From an uncultured Alphaproteobacteria bacterium (GTDB taxonomy: Bacteria; Pseudomonadota; Alphaproteobacteria; Methylaequorales; Methylaequoraceae): a stretch of DNA of 64,000 nt. Shown one piece after another: positions 10,086-20,063 of this stretch. The stretch covers positions 71,433-135,432 of the forward strand of contig CABZFH010000003.1 of assembly GCA_902524895.1 (NCBI GenBank). Reading direction: 5' to 3'. The notes beneath the pieces are model-generated. The model worked only from the letters and a program-made list of their open reading frames with translations. It made no database searches and was not told where the DNA came from. How positions within the stretch are numbered: position 1 is the first letter of the stretch; each line of letters begins with the position of its first letter. The position numbers and the translations under genes are program-made.

Positions 10086-10577
10086 TTGAGTAATGAATTA
10101 TATTGTCCAAAATGGATATTTGATATTTGTGTGGCATCAACAGCTGAAGGTTTTATTGGAAATGATATTCCCATTGATATCAGTGCGAAAAAATTCTCAA
10201 GAGGTCTAAACAAACATTACAAAGAAGTAAAATTATTAGAAATCAAATATGGAGCTGAGTCTATAATTAGGTTTATGGGGGAAATTAAAAATCCACAATA
10301 CAACTCATATGAAAGACTGAGACAGTTTTTATACTATACGTTAAAGTTTGAAAAAAAGTTTTTTATTTCAAAAAGAAAATTCAAAAAATTTATTGGATCA
10401 CCCTTCAACGGTACCAAAAAAAAAGAATATTCAGAGGATATTACCTTGGCTGATTTTAGAAAATATATTTATTCCTTAAGAGCGAATTTAGTAGAAAAAG
10501 CCCCTATGAGTTGGGATATTAGAAATGATGAGGAAGACTTGAGTTTTTTGGGGGAATTACTAAGAAAGGATTATTAA
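10086..10577 (+). CDS. hypothetical protein
   Basis: 163-aa ORF with TTG start. No recognisable motif. It occupies the full interval up to the tRNA. Confidence 0.45.
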   Translation: MSNELYCPKWIFDICVASTAEGFIGNDIPIDISAKKFSRGLNKHYKEVKLLEIKYGAESIIRFMGEIKNPQYNSYERLRQFLYYTLKFEKKFFISKRKFKKFIGSPFNGTKKKEYSEDITLADFRKYIYSLRANLVEKAPMSWDIRNDEEDLSFLGELLRKDY

Positions 10578-10584
10578 TGACTAT

Positions 10585-10658
10585 GCCCTTATAGTTTAAT
10601 GGTAAAACACGGTCTTGGTAAGACTGAGCTTCCTGGTCAGTACAGGGTAAGGGCACCA
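10585..10658 (+). tRNA. tRNA-Thr (anticodon GGT) with encoded CCA and atypical T-loop
   Basis: Folds as gccctta ta gttt aatggta aaac a cggtc ttggtaa gactg agct tcctg gtcagta caggg taagggc a cca. The cloverleaf is complete, but the T-loop reads GTCAGTA instead of the TTCRANY type. Confidence 0.7.
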
Positions 10659-10667
10659 CTCGAGAAA

Positions 10668-10913
10668 ATGAATAAAAAAAGTAAAATTGATTATTGGCGT
10701 TGGTTGGGTTTCATACTTGCTGTAATAGGTGCTTACATTCTTGGAAATGCAAATACTTTTTCTCAATGGTTGGGTTGGACAATATGCTCGGTTTCATGTA
10801 TTATTTGGATTTCAATGGGTATTAAGGACAGAGATATTCCCAGAACATTGATGGAATTAATGTATCTTCTTATTGGTATCAGAGCTATATTTAATTGGTT
10901 AAATTTCGTTTAG
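10668..10913 (+). CDS. small membrane protein (about 3 TM), hypothetical
   Basis: First ATG after the tRNA (MNKKSKIDYWRWLGFILAVIG..). The upstream part of track ORF 10599.. is a read-through of the tRNA. Confidence 0.5.
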   Translation: MNKKSKIDYWRWLGFILAVIGAYILGNANTFSQWLGWTICSVSCIIWISMGIKDRDIPRTLMELMYLLIGIRAIFNWLNFV

Positions 10914-10914
10914 A

Positions 10915-12144
10915 ATGGGAAAAAAAAAAACAATAACAGAAAAAATTCTTATTGCTTTTATATTTGGAATCGTTTTTGGAATTATTTTAAACCTTTTTAA
11001 GGAATTTAGTTTCACACTATATAACATTGTAACAGATAATATTTTAAGTACTGGGGGTGAGATTTTTCTTAGAGCTTTAAAGATGCTTGTTGTGCCAATT
11101 GTGTTTTGTTCTCTAATATGTGGAATATGTAATTTAAAAGATTTCACTAGTCTAGGGCGGATTAGTATTAAAACTATTAGTTTTTATATTTTCACAACCT
11201 CTGTTGCTATATCCATTGCTATTTTATTAGCCTCTATTATTAACCCTGGAGAAAGCTTCAAATCTCAAATTATTACGAATGAAATTGAAATTAATAAAGC
11301 ACCAAAAATTTCTGAAATTTTAATTAATATTATACCTCTTAATCCCTTTGAATCCTTAGTTAAAGGAAATATGTTACAAGTAATTTTCTTTGCGTTACTC
11401 ATTGGAAGTGCGATTTCTATTTCTAAATCAAAGGGAAAATCAACTAATGATTTTTTCATTAGTTTGAATGAGGTCATTTTACAGGCACTTCAAATTGTTA
11501 TGATTTTTGCACCCTATGGTATTTTTTGTTTAATTTCCAATACATTTGCAACGCAGGGGTTGGAAATGATATTAGAATTAGGAAAATATTTTTTTACAGT
11601 TGTTATAGTCCTATTTATTCACATGTTTCTGATTTATGGATCGCTTATCAAAATTTTATCTAAGATTTCACCAATTTATTTTTTTAAAAATATAAAAGAA
11701 TGTATTTTTTTTGCTTTTTCTACCTCTAGTAGCAGTGCGACAATTCCAATTACTCTAAGAAATGTAACAGAGAATCTTAAAGTTAAAAAAAAAGTTGCAT
11801 CCTTCACCATTCCTTTAGGATCTACAATAAACATGGATGGAACAGCAATAATGCAGGGTGTGGCTACTGTTTTTATAGCAAATATTTACAGTCAGAATTT
11901 ATTTTTAATTGACTATCTAACAATTATTTTAACAGCAACTTTGGCATCTATTGGAACTGCAGGTGTGCCTGGTGTAGGTTTAATTATGCTTGGTATGGTA
12001 TTAACACAAGTTGGACTGCCTTTAGAAGGAATAGCCATAGTAATGGGCGTTGATAGACTTCTTGATATGCTTAGAACTTCAGTTAATGTATCTGGTGATG
12101 CGACGATAAGCTTTTTAATTGACCAATCTGAGAATAATAAATGA
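10915..12144 (+). CDS. dicarboxylate/amino acid:cation symporter (DAACS family)
   Basis: FSTSSSSATIPIT, GSTINMDGTA, ASIGTAGVPG, DRLLDMLRT..NV.GD. Confidence 0.85.
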   Translation: MGKKKTITEKILIAFIFGIVFGIILNLFKEFSFTLYNIVTDNILSTGGEIFLRALKMLVVPIVFCSLICGICNLKDFTSLGRISIKTISFYIFTTSVAISIAILLASIINPGESFKSQIITNEIEINKAPKISEILINIIPLNPFESLVKGNMLQVIFFALLIGSAISISKSKGKSTNDFFISLNEVILQALQIVMIFAPYGIFCLISNTFATQGLEMILELGKYFFTVVIVLFIHMFLIYGSLIKILSKISPIYFFKNIKECIFFAFSTSSSSATIPITLRNVTENLKVKKKVASFTIPLGSTINMDGTAIMQGVATVFIANIYSQNLFLIDYLTIILTATLASIGTAGVPGVGLIMLGMVLTQVGLPLEGIAIVMGVDRLLDMLRTSVNVSGDATISFLIDQSENNK

Positions 12145-12311
12145 GTTGGTATGTTGTTGACTTAGAAGTTTTTATATACGGAAAATGTACAGAATATATT
12201 GAGGCACTTAACGAAGAAGATGCAAAACTGATTGCTGTAACAAAAATTAAGAAAAAATTTTTTTGTAATGATGAATCTATAGAAATAATTAATTGTACAA
12301 AAAAAAATTAA
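12141..12311 (+). CDS. possible 56-aa protein (MSWYVVDLEVFIYGKCTEYIEALNEEDAKLIAV..)
   Basis: Below the track threshold. ATGA overlap with the symporter stop. Its end overlaps the pyrC stop convergently. No family recognised. Confidence 0.3.
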   Translation: MSWYVVDLEVFIYGKCTEYIEALNEEDAKLIAVTKIKKKFFCNDESIEIINCTKKN

Positions 12312-13645
12312 TCAATTACACCAAATTCAAATGGTTTTGCGTCTATTTTTTTTAAAATTTCTCCTTCTTGCATTATTATTTCACCACCAATGACTGTGTG
12401 TGAAGGCCAGCCTTTAAATTTTTTTCCATCGTAAGGTGTCCAACCTGATTTACTTACAATCCAATTATTTTCAATAATCTTTGTTTTATTTAAATCTACA
12501 ATGGTAAAATCTGCATCATAATTCTTTTTTATTTTTCCTTTATTAATAATATTGAAAATTTTACATGGGTTTTCAGATATTAACCTTACAAAATCAAAAA
12601 TAGATAATTTATTTTGGTTTACAAAATTTAACATAACCGGGACTAAAGTTTGAACTCCAACCATTCCTGATGGTGATAAAGGATAATCTTTATTTTTTTC
12701 AGATAAAGTATGAGGAGCATGGTCTGAACCTATAATATCAATCACTCTTTCATGAATGCCTTTCCATAAACCAGATTGATGTTTTTTGCTTCTGATCGGT
12801 GGATTCATTTGTGCTAGTGTTCCAAGTTCATTGTAACAATCAGGCGAATTAAAAAAAAGATGTTGAGGAGTTACCTCAGCCGTAATCAGTTTTTTATTTT
12901 TTTTTATTAATTGTATTTCGTCTTCAGTTGAAATGTGAAGAATATGAATTTTTCTACCTAGTTTCTTTGATATTTTAATTAATCTTTTAGTACTATTAAT
13001 CGCTGAGATTGAATCTCTCCAAATTTCATGTTCATTTACACTTACACTTTTTTTATTTATAATATTTTTTCTTGCAAGTAGCCTATATTCATCCTCACTA
13101 TGTACTGCAATATTTTTAAAACATGAACTAAAAATTTTTTCTAAATTTTCGTCATCCTCTACAAGCAAACTTCCTGTTGAAGAACCCATAAAAATTTTTA
13201 CTCCAGCACAACCTGAAAGTTTTTCTAAAAATCTTAAATCTTTTGCATTTTCCTTAGATGCTCCAATGTAAAAACCAAAATTACAGTATGAGTTTTTTTT
13301 TGCAGACAATATTTTATTTTTAAATTGGATTTCATTAATAGTGGGTGGATTTGTGTTAGGCATTTCAAAGAAGCCAGTTATTCCACCTAAGATAGCTCCT
13401 TTGGATCCACTTTTTATGTCTTCTTTATGAGTAAATCCTGGTTCTCGAAAATGAACTTGTGTATCTATGCAACCAGGCAATACATGTAAATCTGAAATAT
13501 CTAATATTTTTTTAGATAGATAGGAGGATAAATTACCGATCGACGCTATTTTAGAATCTAAAATTCCTATATCACTTACTTCTGTCTTATTATCAAAGAC
13601 AATTTGCCCATTTTTTAAAATTAAATCAAAAGTTTTTCTTCGCAT
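12308..13645 (-). CDS. pyrC: dihydroorotase (cyclic amidohydrolase superfamily)
   Basis: PGCIDTQVHFREPG, metal-ligand pattern HxH..K..H..H..D (GSDHAPH). Confidence 0.8.
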   Translation of the reverse strand: MRRKTFDLILKNGQIVFDNKTEVSDIGILDSKIASIGNLSSYLSKKILDISDLHVLPGCIDTQVHFREPGFTHKEDIKSGSKGAILGGITGFFEMPNTNPPTINEIQFKNKILSAKKNSYCNFGFYIGASKENAKDLRFLEKLSGCAGVKIFMGSSTGSLLVEDDENLEKIFSSCFKNIAVHSEDEYRLLARKNIINKKSVSVNEHEIWRDSISAINSTKRLIKISKKLGRKIHILHISTEDEIQLIKKNKKLITAEVTPQHLFFNSPDCYNELGTLAQMNPPIRSKKHQSGLWKGIHERVIDIIGSDHAPHTLSEKNKDYPLSPSGMVGVQTLVPVMLNFVNQNKLSIFDFVRLISENPCKIFNIINKGKIKKNYDADFTIVDLNKTKIIENNWIVSKSGWTPYDGKKFKGWPSHTVIGGEIIMQEGEILKKIDAKPFEFGVID

Positions 13646-15378
13646 TATGTAGTATTATCTGAAAGAACTTCAAAAGTATTTCCATTAATTTTTCTTTTTT
13701 CCACATTAGCAATATACCATAATGCAAAAAAAATTAAATGCCAAACAGGAATACTAGCCTTTGCATTATATTTTAACATTTTACAAAGTCTGGCTATTTC
13801 TATTTTTGAAAAAAGTTCATTCAAACAACTAACTCTAGGAAGAATCTTTTCTAATATTTTTGATTTTTCTGGTATCCATTTTTTAATAGGAACTGTGAAA
13901 CCCTTTTTTTTTTCAAAAGCTTTATAAAATTTAAGTTTTTTATCAAGGAATTCTCTTAAAAAGTACTTTCCAAGTCCATTTTTAATTTTTAAATTATCAT
14001 TAATTAAGAAAAATTTTTGAAAAATATTTTTATCTATCAAAGGGGTTCTTCCTTCTAAACCATTAGCCATTAAACATCTATCTAATTTTGTTAATAAATC
14101 ATTAGGCAACCAATTGTCAAAATCAAAAAGTTGGTTTTTTTGCAATTCAGTAATCCTTTGAGTCATATTTCTAATCTTGTATTGTTTGATTTCAAAGTCC
14201 CATCCACTAAGGACATTATCAAAATATTTAAATTTTTTAAAAGCACCATTTTTAAAAATTTCTTTTTTAAAAAAAGGTCTTGTAGAAGTTCTATATCGTC
14301 CATATCCACCAAAAATTTCATCTCCTCCCTCACCGCTTAAAACTACTTTCAAATCATTCTTTGCCGATTGAGCTAATTTATAAGTTGGAACGGTCGCATA
14401 ATCAATTATTGGATCATCCAGCGCATTTGCAACAACTGGTAACAAATTCCAAAAATCATTTTTATCAAAATTTACAAATTTTAGATTTACATTGAATTGG
14501 CTGCAGATATTTGTGATTATATCCTTATCATCACGTTCAAACACTACACTATAACAATTTATTGGGTTTGAGTTAACTAAAGACATTAAATGTAGAATTA
14601 ATGTTGAGTCAATTCCTCCAGAAAAAAAAAGACCATAAGGAACATCACTCCTTTGATGCGCAAAAACTGAAGCTTCTAGCTCCTTGAAAGATTTCTCAAT
14701 ATTTAAATTTTTTTTTAATATGGGTTTATCTAAAATTTTAGAACATTTAATTCTAAAATCTTTAAGTGTCAATATTTCTCCTGGTCTTAATCTTAATATA
14801 CCATCAAAAATTGTATTTCTTCCAGTTGTAAATTGAAGCTGTAATAGTTCTTTTGTTTTAGTATCGTTAAGCTTTGTTTTAAAGATATGTGACTTTAAAA
14901 TGGATTGAATTTCTGAACTGTAAACAAATGTTTGATCTTGAAAACAAAAATAAAGAGGTTTTATGCCAAATGCATCTCTTCCCAAAATTAATTCATTCGT
15001 AATTTTATCATAAATTGCAAATGTAAACATACCTCTTAATTTTTTGAAACCAGCAACCCCAAAATTCTCATAGACACATAAAATTGACTCGCAATCAGAA
15101 TGTGAAGTAAAATTATAATTATTATTCTGATTTCTAATTTCAAGATCATTATAAATTTCTCCATTGGCAATTAATACGTATCTTTGATTTTCAATCGGTT
15201 GTTTTCCTCCTTTAACATCTATGATTGATAAGCGTTTATGAAACATAATAATTTTGGAATTTTTGAAAAAACCATCACCATCCGGACCTCTATGAGATAA
15301 TAAATCAAACATTTTAAAACACTTTTCTTCCATGTTTTTACTTATTTTTTTTGAAAATATACCAGCAATTCCACACAT
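13645..15378 (-). CDS. asnB: asparagine synthase (glutamine-hydrolysing) family amidotransferase
   Basis: N-terminal MCGIAGIF (Ntn Cys2), GEIYN, SGGIDS PP-loop. Confidence 0.88.
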   Translation of the reverse strand: MCGIAGIFSKKISKNMEEKCFKMFDLLSHRGPDGDGFFKNSKIIMFHKRLSIIDVKGGKQPIENQRYVLIANGEIYNDLEIRNQNNNYNFTSHSDCESILCVYENFGVAGFKKLRGMFTFAIYDKITNELILGRDAFGIKPLYFCFQDQTFVYSSEIQSILKSHIFKTKLNDTKTKELLQLQFTTGRNTIFDGILRLRPGEILTLKDFRIKCSKILDKPILKKNLNIEKSFKELEASVFAHQRSDVPYGLFFSGGIDSTLILHLMSLVNSNPINCYSVVFERDDKDIITNICSQFNVNLKFVNFDKNDFWNLLPVVANALDDPIIDYATVPTYKLAQSAKNDLKVVLSGEGGDEIFGGYGRYRTSTRPFFKKEIFKNGAFKKFKYFDNVLSGWDFEIKQYKIRNMTQRITELQKNQLFDFDNWLPNDLLTKLDRCLMANGLEGRTPLIDKNIFQKFFLINDNLKIKNGLGKYFLREFLDKKLKFYKAFEKKKGFTVPIKKWIPEKSKILEKILPRVSCLNELFSKIEIARLCKMLKYNAKASIPVWHLIFFALWYIANVEKRKINGNTFEVLSDNTT

Positions 15379-16418
15379 TATTTTTTCAAACGTCTAAAAA
15401 GTTCTTTAAATTTTTTTATTACTACATCTTTGGAAAATTTTTTTTGATAATCTTTGTAAGCATTTTCAACAATTTTTTTCTTTAAAGTTCTATTAGAATT
15501 AATTTCATTTAAGCATGAAATAAGGTCATCCACATTTTCAACTTCAAATTTCATTCCATTTATTTTATGTTTTATTAATCTTTTTGGTCCCATTATATTT
15601 GATGCCACTACTGGTAATTTATATGACCACGCCTCAATAATAATATTTCCTAATGGTTCAATTCTTGAAGGACATATTAAATAATCTGCTAACAAATAAT
15701 ACTTAGATACATCTTCAACCCAATCAATGATTTTTACTTTGTTAGAGATTCCGAGTCTTTGAGATTCATATTGATAATAATTTTTTAAATTTCCTTCTCC
15801 AATTAATATTAATTTAAAATCTTTGAGTTTTGGTAATGCATTAATAATAATTTCAAAAGCTTTATTTTCATGAAACCTACCTAGTCCTAATAAAGTTTTT
15901 TCACTTACACTTTTTTTCTTTTGTGGCAAATATTTTTCATTTTTAGCGACAAAATTATTTATACAAAAAACCTTTTTTGGATCCCAACCTTTAGAAATAA
16001 TAAAGTTTTTTATGTCTTCAGTATTCGCTATTAAATAATCACAATATGTATAATTTTTTATATTGTAATATCCCCCTAGTCTTCCAATTTTTATAATCGA
16101 ATCATCGAGATCTGAGATCAAATAAGAAGCTCTATTCATCCATGTTAAAATTATATCAGGTTGAAAAATATCACACTTTTTTTTTAAACTTTTTTTGGTG
16201 AATAAATCCCATTTACCGTTGAAACCCAATTCTTCAATATCTAATCCATTTTTTGCAAGTAAATTGTATCTTCTTTTATTTTTTCTAATTATAACTTTTT
16301 GCGAAATATCAGATTCTTTGTTTAAAGCGATCGAGAAACGTTCAAAGAAATTTTCTGCGCCACCGTAATTTGAACCAGATATTACATTTACAATTTTTAT
16401 TTGAGAATTTTTTTCCAT
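15378..16418 (-). CDS. glycosyltransferase family 4 (GT-B)
   Basis: GGAENF near the N-terminus and a C-terminal E(x7)E-type region (PSRIEPLGNIIIEAW). Confidence 0.8.
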   Translation of the reverse strand: MEKNSQIKIVNVISGSNYGGAENFFERFSIALNKESDISQKVIIRKNKRRYNLLAKNGLDIEELGFNGKWDLFTKKSLKKKCDIFQPDIILTWMNRASYLISDLDDSIIKIGRLGGYYNIKNYTYCDYLIANTEDIKNFIISKGWDPKKVFCINNFVAKNEKYLPQKKKSVSEKTLLGLGRFHENKAFEIIINALPKLKDFKLILIGEGNLKNYYQYESQRLGISNKVKIIDWVEDVSKYYLLADYLICPSRIEPLGNIIIEAWSYKLPVVASNIMGPKRLIKHKINGMKFEVENVDDLISCLNEINSNRTLKKKIVENAYKDYQKKFSKDVVIKKFKELFRRLKK

Positions 16419-17431
16419 TCCTTAGCTATTTCTGACCAACCTTTATGATTTTCTAACTTTAAAGAATTAAGATTTAATTTTTTCCAATCCTCATCGTTCG
16501 ATAACAAATTAATTACAAATTTACTATATTGTAAATCATTGGAACATATATGCCCTGTAATTTTATCTTGAACTCTTTCTCTCATGCACCCCAAATCTTT
16601 TACAACTGTTGGGAGTCCTATCACCTGTGCTTCTGCTACTGACATACAAAACGTTTCTTCTACACTTCCTTCATACAAGAATAACCTTGATTTTTTTATT
16701 TCTTTTATTAATTTTTTTCTCTGCACGGGTTTATGTAAAAAAACACCTTTTTTGTTCATTGTTTTAGCTCTATCCAAAACTGGTTTCATTTTGTTAACTT
16801 TTTTCTTTCCAATATTTCCATAAGTTTGTGATCCTGTGAATAAATTTAATTTAGCTGATGGTACTTGGGGAAATATTTCATTTTCCCACCTATCTAATAG
16901 CCAGTTAAGTCCTCTTAAAGGATTAGACGTAAAAATCGCATTTTTTTCTTTTGGAAAACAATTAATTTTATTTTTAAAAACAAAACTGTCTACACCATAA
17001 GGGATAACAATATTATTTTTTGAAGGAGCCCATTTTGGATATGTAGATAAGTGATAATAACTTGAGAATATTACAGTAGTTGGGTTAAGGAACAATTTAA
17101 ATAAATATCTCCATTTTAATAAATATTTAGCTGGGTTATGTATCCAAAAAAATCTTTTTTTACATTCTGGTTTAAAATTTAAAAACTTATCTCCTCTATT
17201 GACAACTATAATATCAAAATTTTCTTCATCAATAGAACATAATTTTTTCCAAAAAACACCATTTATTTTTATATTTTTATCTATAGTATTAAAAACAACA
17301 ACTTCAAAATCTAATTTTGCTAATTCCTCAACCAATGATACAAAAGCATTCTCAGCTCCTCCAGCTGGTTTTCTCCTTACTGATTGTCCGTCAAAAGGAA
17401 TACCATTATCAATAAATATTACTTTAGTCAT
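16397..17431 (-). CDS. glycosyltransferase (GT-B, family 1/4-like)
   Basis: PAGGAENAF and EETFCMSVAEAQ motifs. Overlaps its neighbours by 22 and 8 nt. Confidence 0.7.
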   Translation of the reverse strand: MTKVIFIDNGIPFDGQSVRRKPAGGAENAFVSLVEELAKLDFEVVVFNTIDKNIKINGVFWKKLCSIDEENFDIIVVNRGDKFLNFKPECKKRFFWIHNPAKYLLKWRYLFKLFLNPTTVIFSSYYHLSTYPKWAPSKNNIVIPYGVDSFVFKNKINCFPKEKNAIFTSNPLRGLNWLLDRWENEIFPQVPSAKLNLFTGSQTYGNIGKKKVNKMKPVLDRAKTMNKKGVFLHKPVQRKKLIKEIKKSRLFLYEGSVEETFCMSVAEAQVIGLPTVVKDLGCMRERVQDKITGHICSNDLQYSKFVINLLSNDEDWKKLNLNSLKLENHKGWSEIAKEWKKILK

Positions 17432-18179
17432 GGAAGTCCTTTGATTTTATATAGGAAATAATGGGATATAAAGATGCCATAATTGCTATAAAAAAACCCA
17501 TTTCTTTTTCTTTGTAACCTTTTCTTAAAATGTAACATTTCCAAAATCGAGAGAATATTCTTCTCAAATTTTTTAAAAGAGATTCATTAATATTTTTTTC
17601 TTTTAGATCTAAAGCCCTAGCTGAGGAATATTTATCTAACTTCAAAATCATATCAGACAAACTTTTACAATAATAATGGCTTATATAATTTTTCAGCTTA
17701 CCTCTTTTTTCTGTTAAAAATTTAAGTCTAGGATGAACTCTTTCATTTCCCCATATCTTAATTTTTTTTTTAAATAAACCAGGATATGATGATTTTCCAA
17801 AGTATGCACCCCAACCATATTTTACTAATTTGCTCCCTACGTAATTATTAACGTCAATTAAAAAAAAATCTCTGTCAGTATTATTTATTATATATTTTAT
17901 TTCTTTTTGTAATGCGGGAGAAACTCTTTCATCAGCATCAATCTCAAGAATCCATTCACGTGAGCATTGATTTATGCCAAAATTTCTTCTATCTCCTTCA
18001 ATTTCCCATGACCCTTTAAATATTTTGTTTGTAAATTTCCTGGCTATGCTCTCAGAATTATCAGTGCACTTATCTAAAATAATTACAATTTCGTTTGCGA
18101 ACTGTATTGTTTTTAAACATTGTAAAATTTGCTTTTCCTCATTAGAAACAACTAAAAGAACTGATAACTGATTTTTCAT
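17424..18179 (-). CDS. glycosyltransferase family 2
   Basis: LSVLLVVSNEE..ILDKCTDNS..EIDADE. Confidence 0.78.
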   Translation of the reverse strand: MKNQLSVLLVVSNEEKQILQCLKTIQFANEIVIILDKCTDNSESIARKFTNKIFKGSWEIEGDRRNFGINQCSREWILEIDADERVSPALQKEIKYIINNTDRDFFLIDVNNYVGSKLVKYGWGAYFGKSSYPGLFKKKIKIWGNERVHPRLKFLTEKRGKLKNYISHYYCKSLSDMILKLDKYSSARALDLKEKNINESLLKNLRRIFSRFWKCYILRKGYKEKEMGFFIAIMASLYPIISYIKSKDFHD

Positions 18180-19141
18180 AAGATATCTTTTTGATTAACA
18201 AATTTAATTATTTCTTTAAAAACTTTACTAGCTTTTAAAGTCAACATTAACGATTTTTTTTGCTTGTAAGAAAATTGTTTGTTGTTCATAAGTTCTTCTG
18301 GAGTTTCTGGTGTACTTATGGCTATGGTCTTCTTGCCCCAGGGTCTATACTGTCTAATATCACTAGGACCAAAAAGACCTATTGTGGGAACATTCAAAGC
18401 TGCAGAAAAATGCATCAAACCTGAATCGTTTCCCATAAACAGATTGCATTCCTTTAAAACATAAAAAATTTCATAGAGTTTTAATTTTCCAACATAATTT
18501 ATTACCTGTGTTTTATTAAAATTTTTGCATATTAATTCAGCATCAGACATTTCCTGCTCAGAACCTAGAAAAATAAATTTATAATCTCTAAATTTTTTTT
18601 CTTTCATTAATTTTTGTATTAATTCTATGAAGTATTCTTTAGGCCATTGTTTTCCGATCCAATTAGCAGAGGCTGAAACTCCAACTAACTTTAATTTTTT
18701 TAAAAATCTAATTTTTTTAAATGATGAATATTTTTTTTCTAAGTTAATAAGATTTACATAAGGATTATATACTTTGTTACTTACTAGTTTAGATGTGGAT
18801 ATTACTTTATGTTGTATTTCAAATTTAGACTTTCTATAGATTTTAGTGTTTTTGGAAATTAGAAAAAAACCAGTTAATGATCCTCTTAAGTCAATAACTA
18901 ATTCCCAAATATTAAAAAAAACCTCACACCACAATAAAAACCAGTGAATCGAAAATTTTTTTTTTTTTAAAGGTAAAACTCTATTTAGTTGAGAATGATA
19001 CCGAAATAAATCGTAAGGAATTTTTCCACAAATGAATGTTATTTTACAGTTTTCAAATTGGCTTTTACAATAATCTATAAGACCTGAGGATAAAATACAA
19101 TCGCCAAGACGATTAGATGAAATTATTAAAATTTTTTTCAT
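18176..19141 (-). CDS. glycosyltransferase family 9 (LPS heptosyltransferase-like)
   Basis: SNRLGDCIL near the N-terminus and MGNDSGLMHFSAALNVPTIGLFGPS. Confidence 0.8.
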   Translation of the reverse strand: MKKILIISSNRLGDCILSSGLIDYCKSQFENCKITFICGKIPYDLFRYHSQLNRVLPLKKKKFSIHWFLLWCEVFFNIWELVIDLRGSLTGFFLISKNTKIYRKSKFEIQHKVISTSKLVSNKVYNPYVNLINLEKKYSSFKKIRFLKKLKLVGVSASANWIGKQWPKEYFIELIQKLMKEKKFRDYKFIFLGSEQEMSDAELICKNFNKTQVINYVGKLKLYEIFYVLKECNLFMGNDSGLMHFSAALNVPTIGLFGPSDIRQYRPWGKKTIAISTPETPEELMNNKQFSYKQKKSLMLTLKASKVFKEIIKFVNQKDIL

Positions 19142-19187
19142 ATACTTTGAGACTATAGTATATTAAACATAAACAATTACACTTATT

Positions 19188-20060
19188 ATGTTTAATACTA
19201 ACCATTATTATCAATATAAAAATAGTAAATTTTTAATAATTGAAGGCGCTGACAGAAAAAAATTTTTACAAGGTTTGATTTCTAATGACATTTATAAATT
19301 AGGACCACAAGTCGGAATATATAGTGCTTTATTAACACCGAAAGGAAAATTTTTGTTTGATTTTTTTTTAGTTGAACAATGTAATAGTATATTCCTTGAG
19401 TGTGCATCAGATAAAATTGAATCGCTAAGATTAAAATTAAAAATTTATAAATTAAGATCTAGTGTTGACATTGAAACTTTTAACGAAAAACAAAGTTTCA
19501 TATTATCTAAAACCTTAAAGCCCGAAATTGAAAAATTAAATCTCAATAACCGATTCTTTTATTTTGACGACCCTAGACTTCCTAAAAATTTTCTTAAACT
19601 CTATTGTTCAGAAAAAGATTTTAAAGAAATAAGTAAAAATTTAAACCTAAAGTTAATTGAATCAAAAGAATTTGCAAATTTTGAGATTAATAATTTCTTA
19701 CCAAATTTTTCAGATTTGATAGAAGAAGATAATTTTTTTTTACTTGAACTTAGATTTGATAAGCTAAATGGTATTTGTTGGAAAAAAGGATGCTTTATGG
19801 GGCAAGAGTTAACGGCAAGAACAAAATACAGGGCCAATGTGAAAAAAAGAATATACGGAATAAAAATCGAAGGTAAATTAGATAAAAGCAAAAATGAAAT
19901 TTTTTTAGATCAAAAAATAATAGGCCATTTGTTAATAAATAATGGATATTTTGGAATTGCAATGATTAAAATTACAGATGAAGAAGTTTTAAGTTCTAAA
20001 ATGCAATTAAATTCTGGTAATGCAAAAATCTTTCCTATTGTTCCAAAATGGGCAACTTAA
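19188..20060 (+). CDS. ygfZ: folate-binding YgfZ-family protein (aminomethyltransferase fold)
   Basis: KKGCFMGQELTARTKYRANVKKR, the YgfZ signature. Confidence 0.75.
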   Translation: MFNTNHYYQYKNSKFLIIEGADRKKFLQGLISNDIYKLGPQVGIYSALLTPKGKFLFDFFLVEQCNSIFLECASDKIESLRLKLKIYKLRSSVDIETFNEKQSFILSKTLKPEIEKLNLNNRFFYFDDPRLPKNFLKLYCSEKDFKEISKNLNLKLIESKEFANFEINNFLPNFSDLIEEDNFFLLELRFDKLNGICWKKGCFMGQELTARTKYRANVKKRIYGIKIEGKLDKSKNEIFLDQKIIGHLLINNGYFGIAMIKITDEEVLSSKMQLNSGNAKIFPIVPKWAT

Positions 20061-20063
20061 AGT

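Noticed and set aside
10599-10667. N-terminal 23 aa of track ORF 10599..10913
   Set aside because: It is a read-through of tRNA-Thr. The CDS most likely starts at the ATG at 10668.
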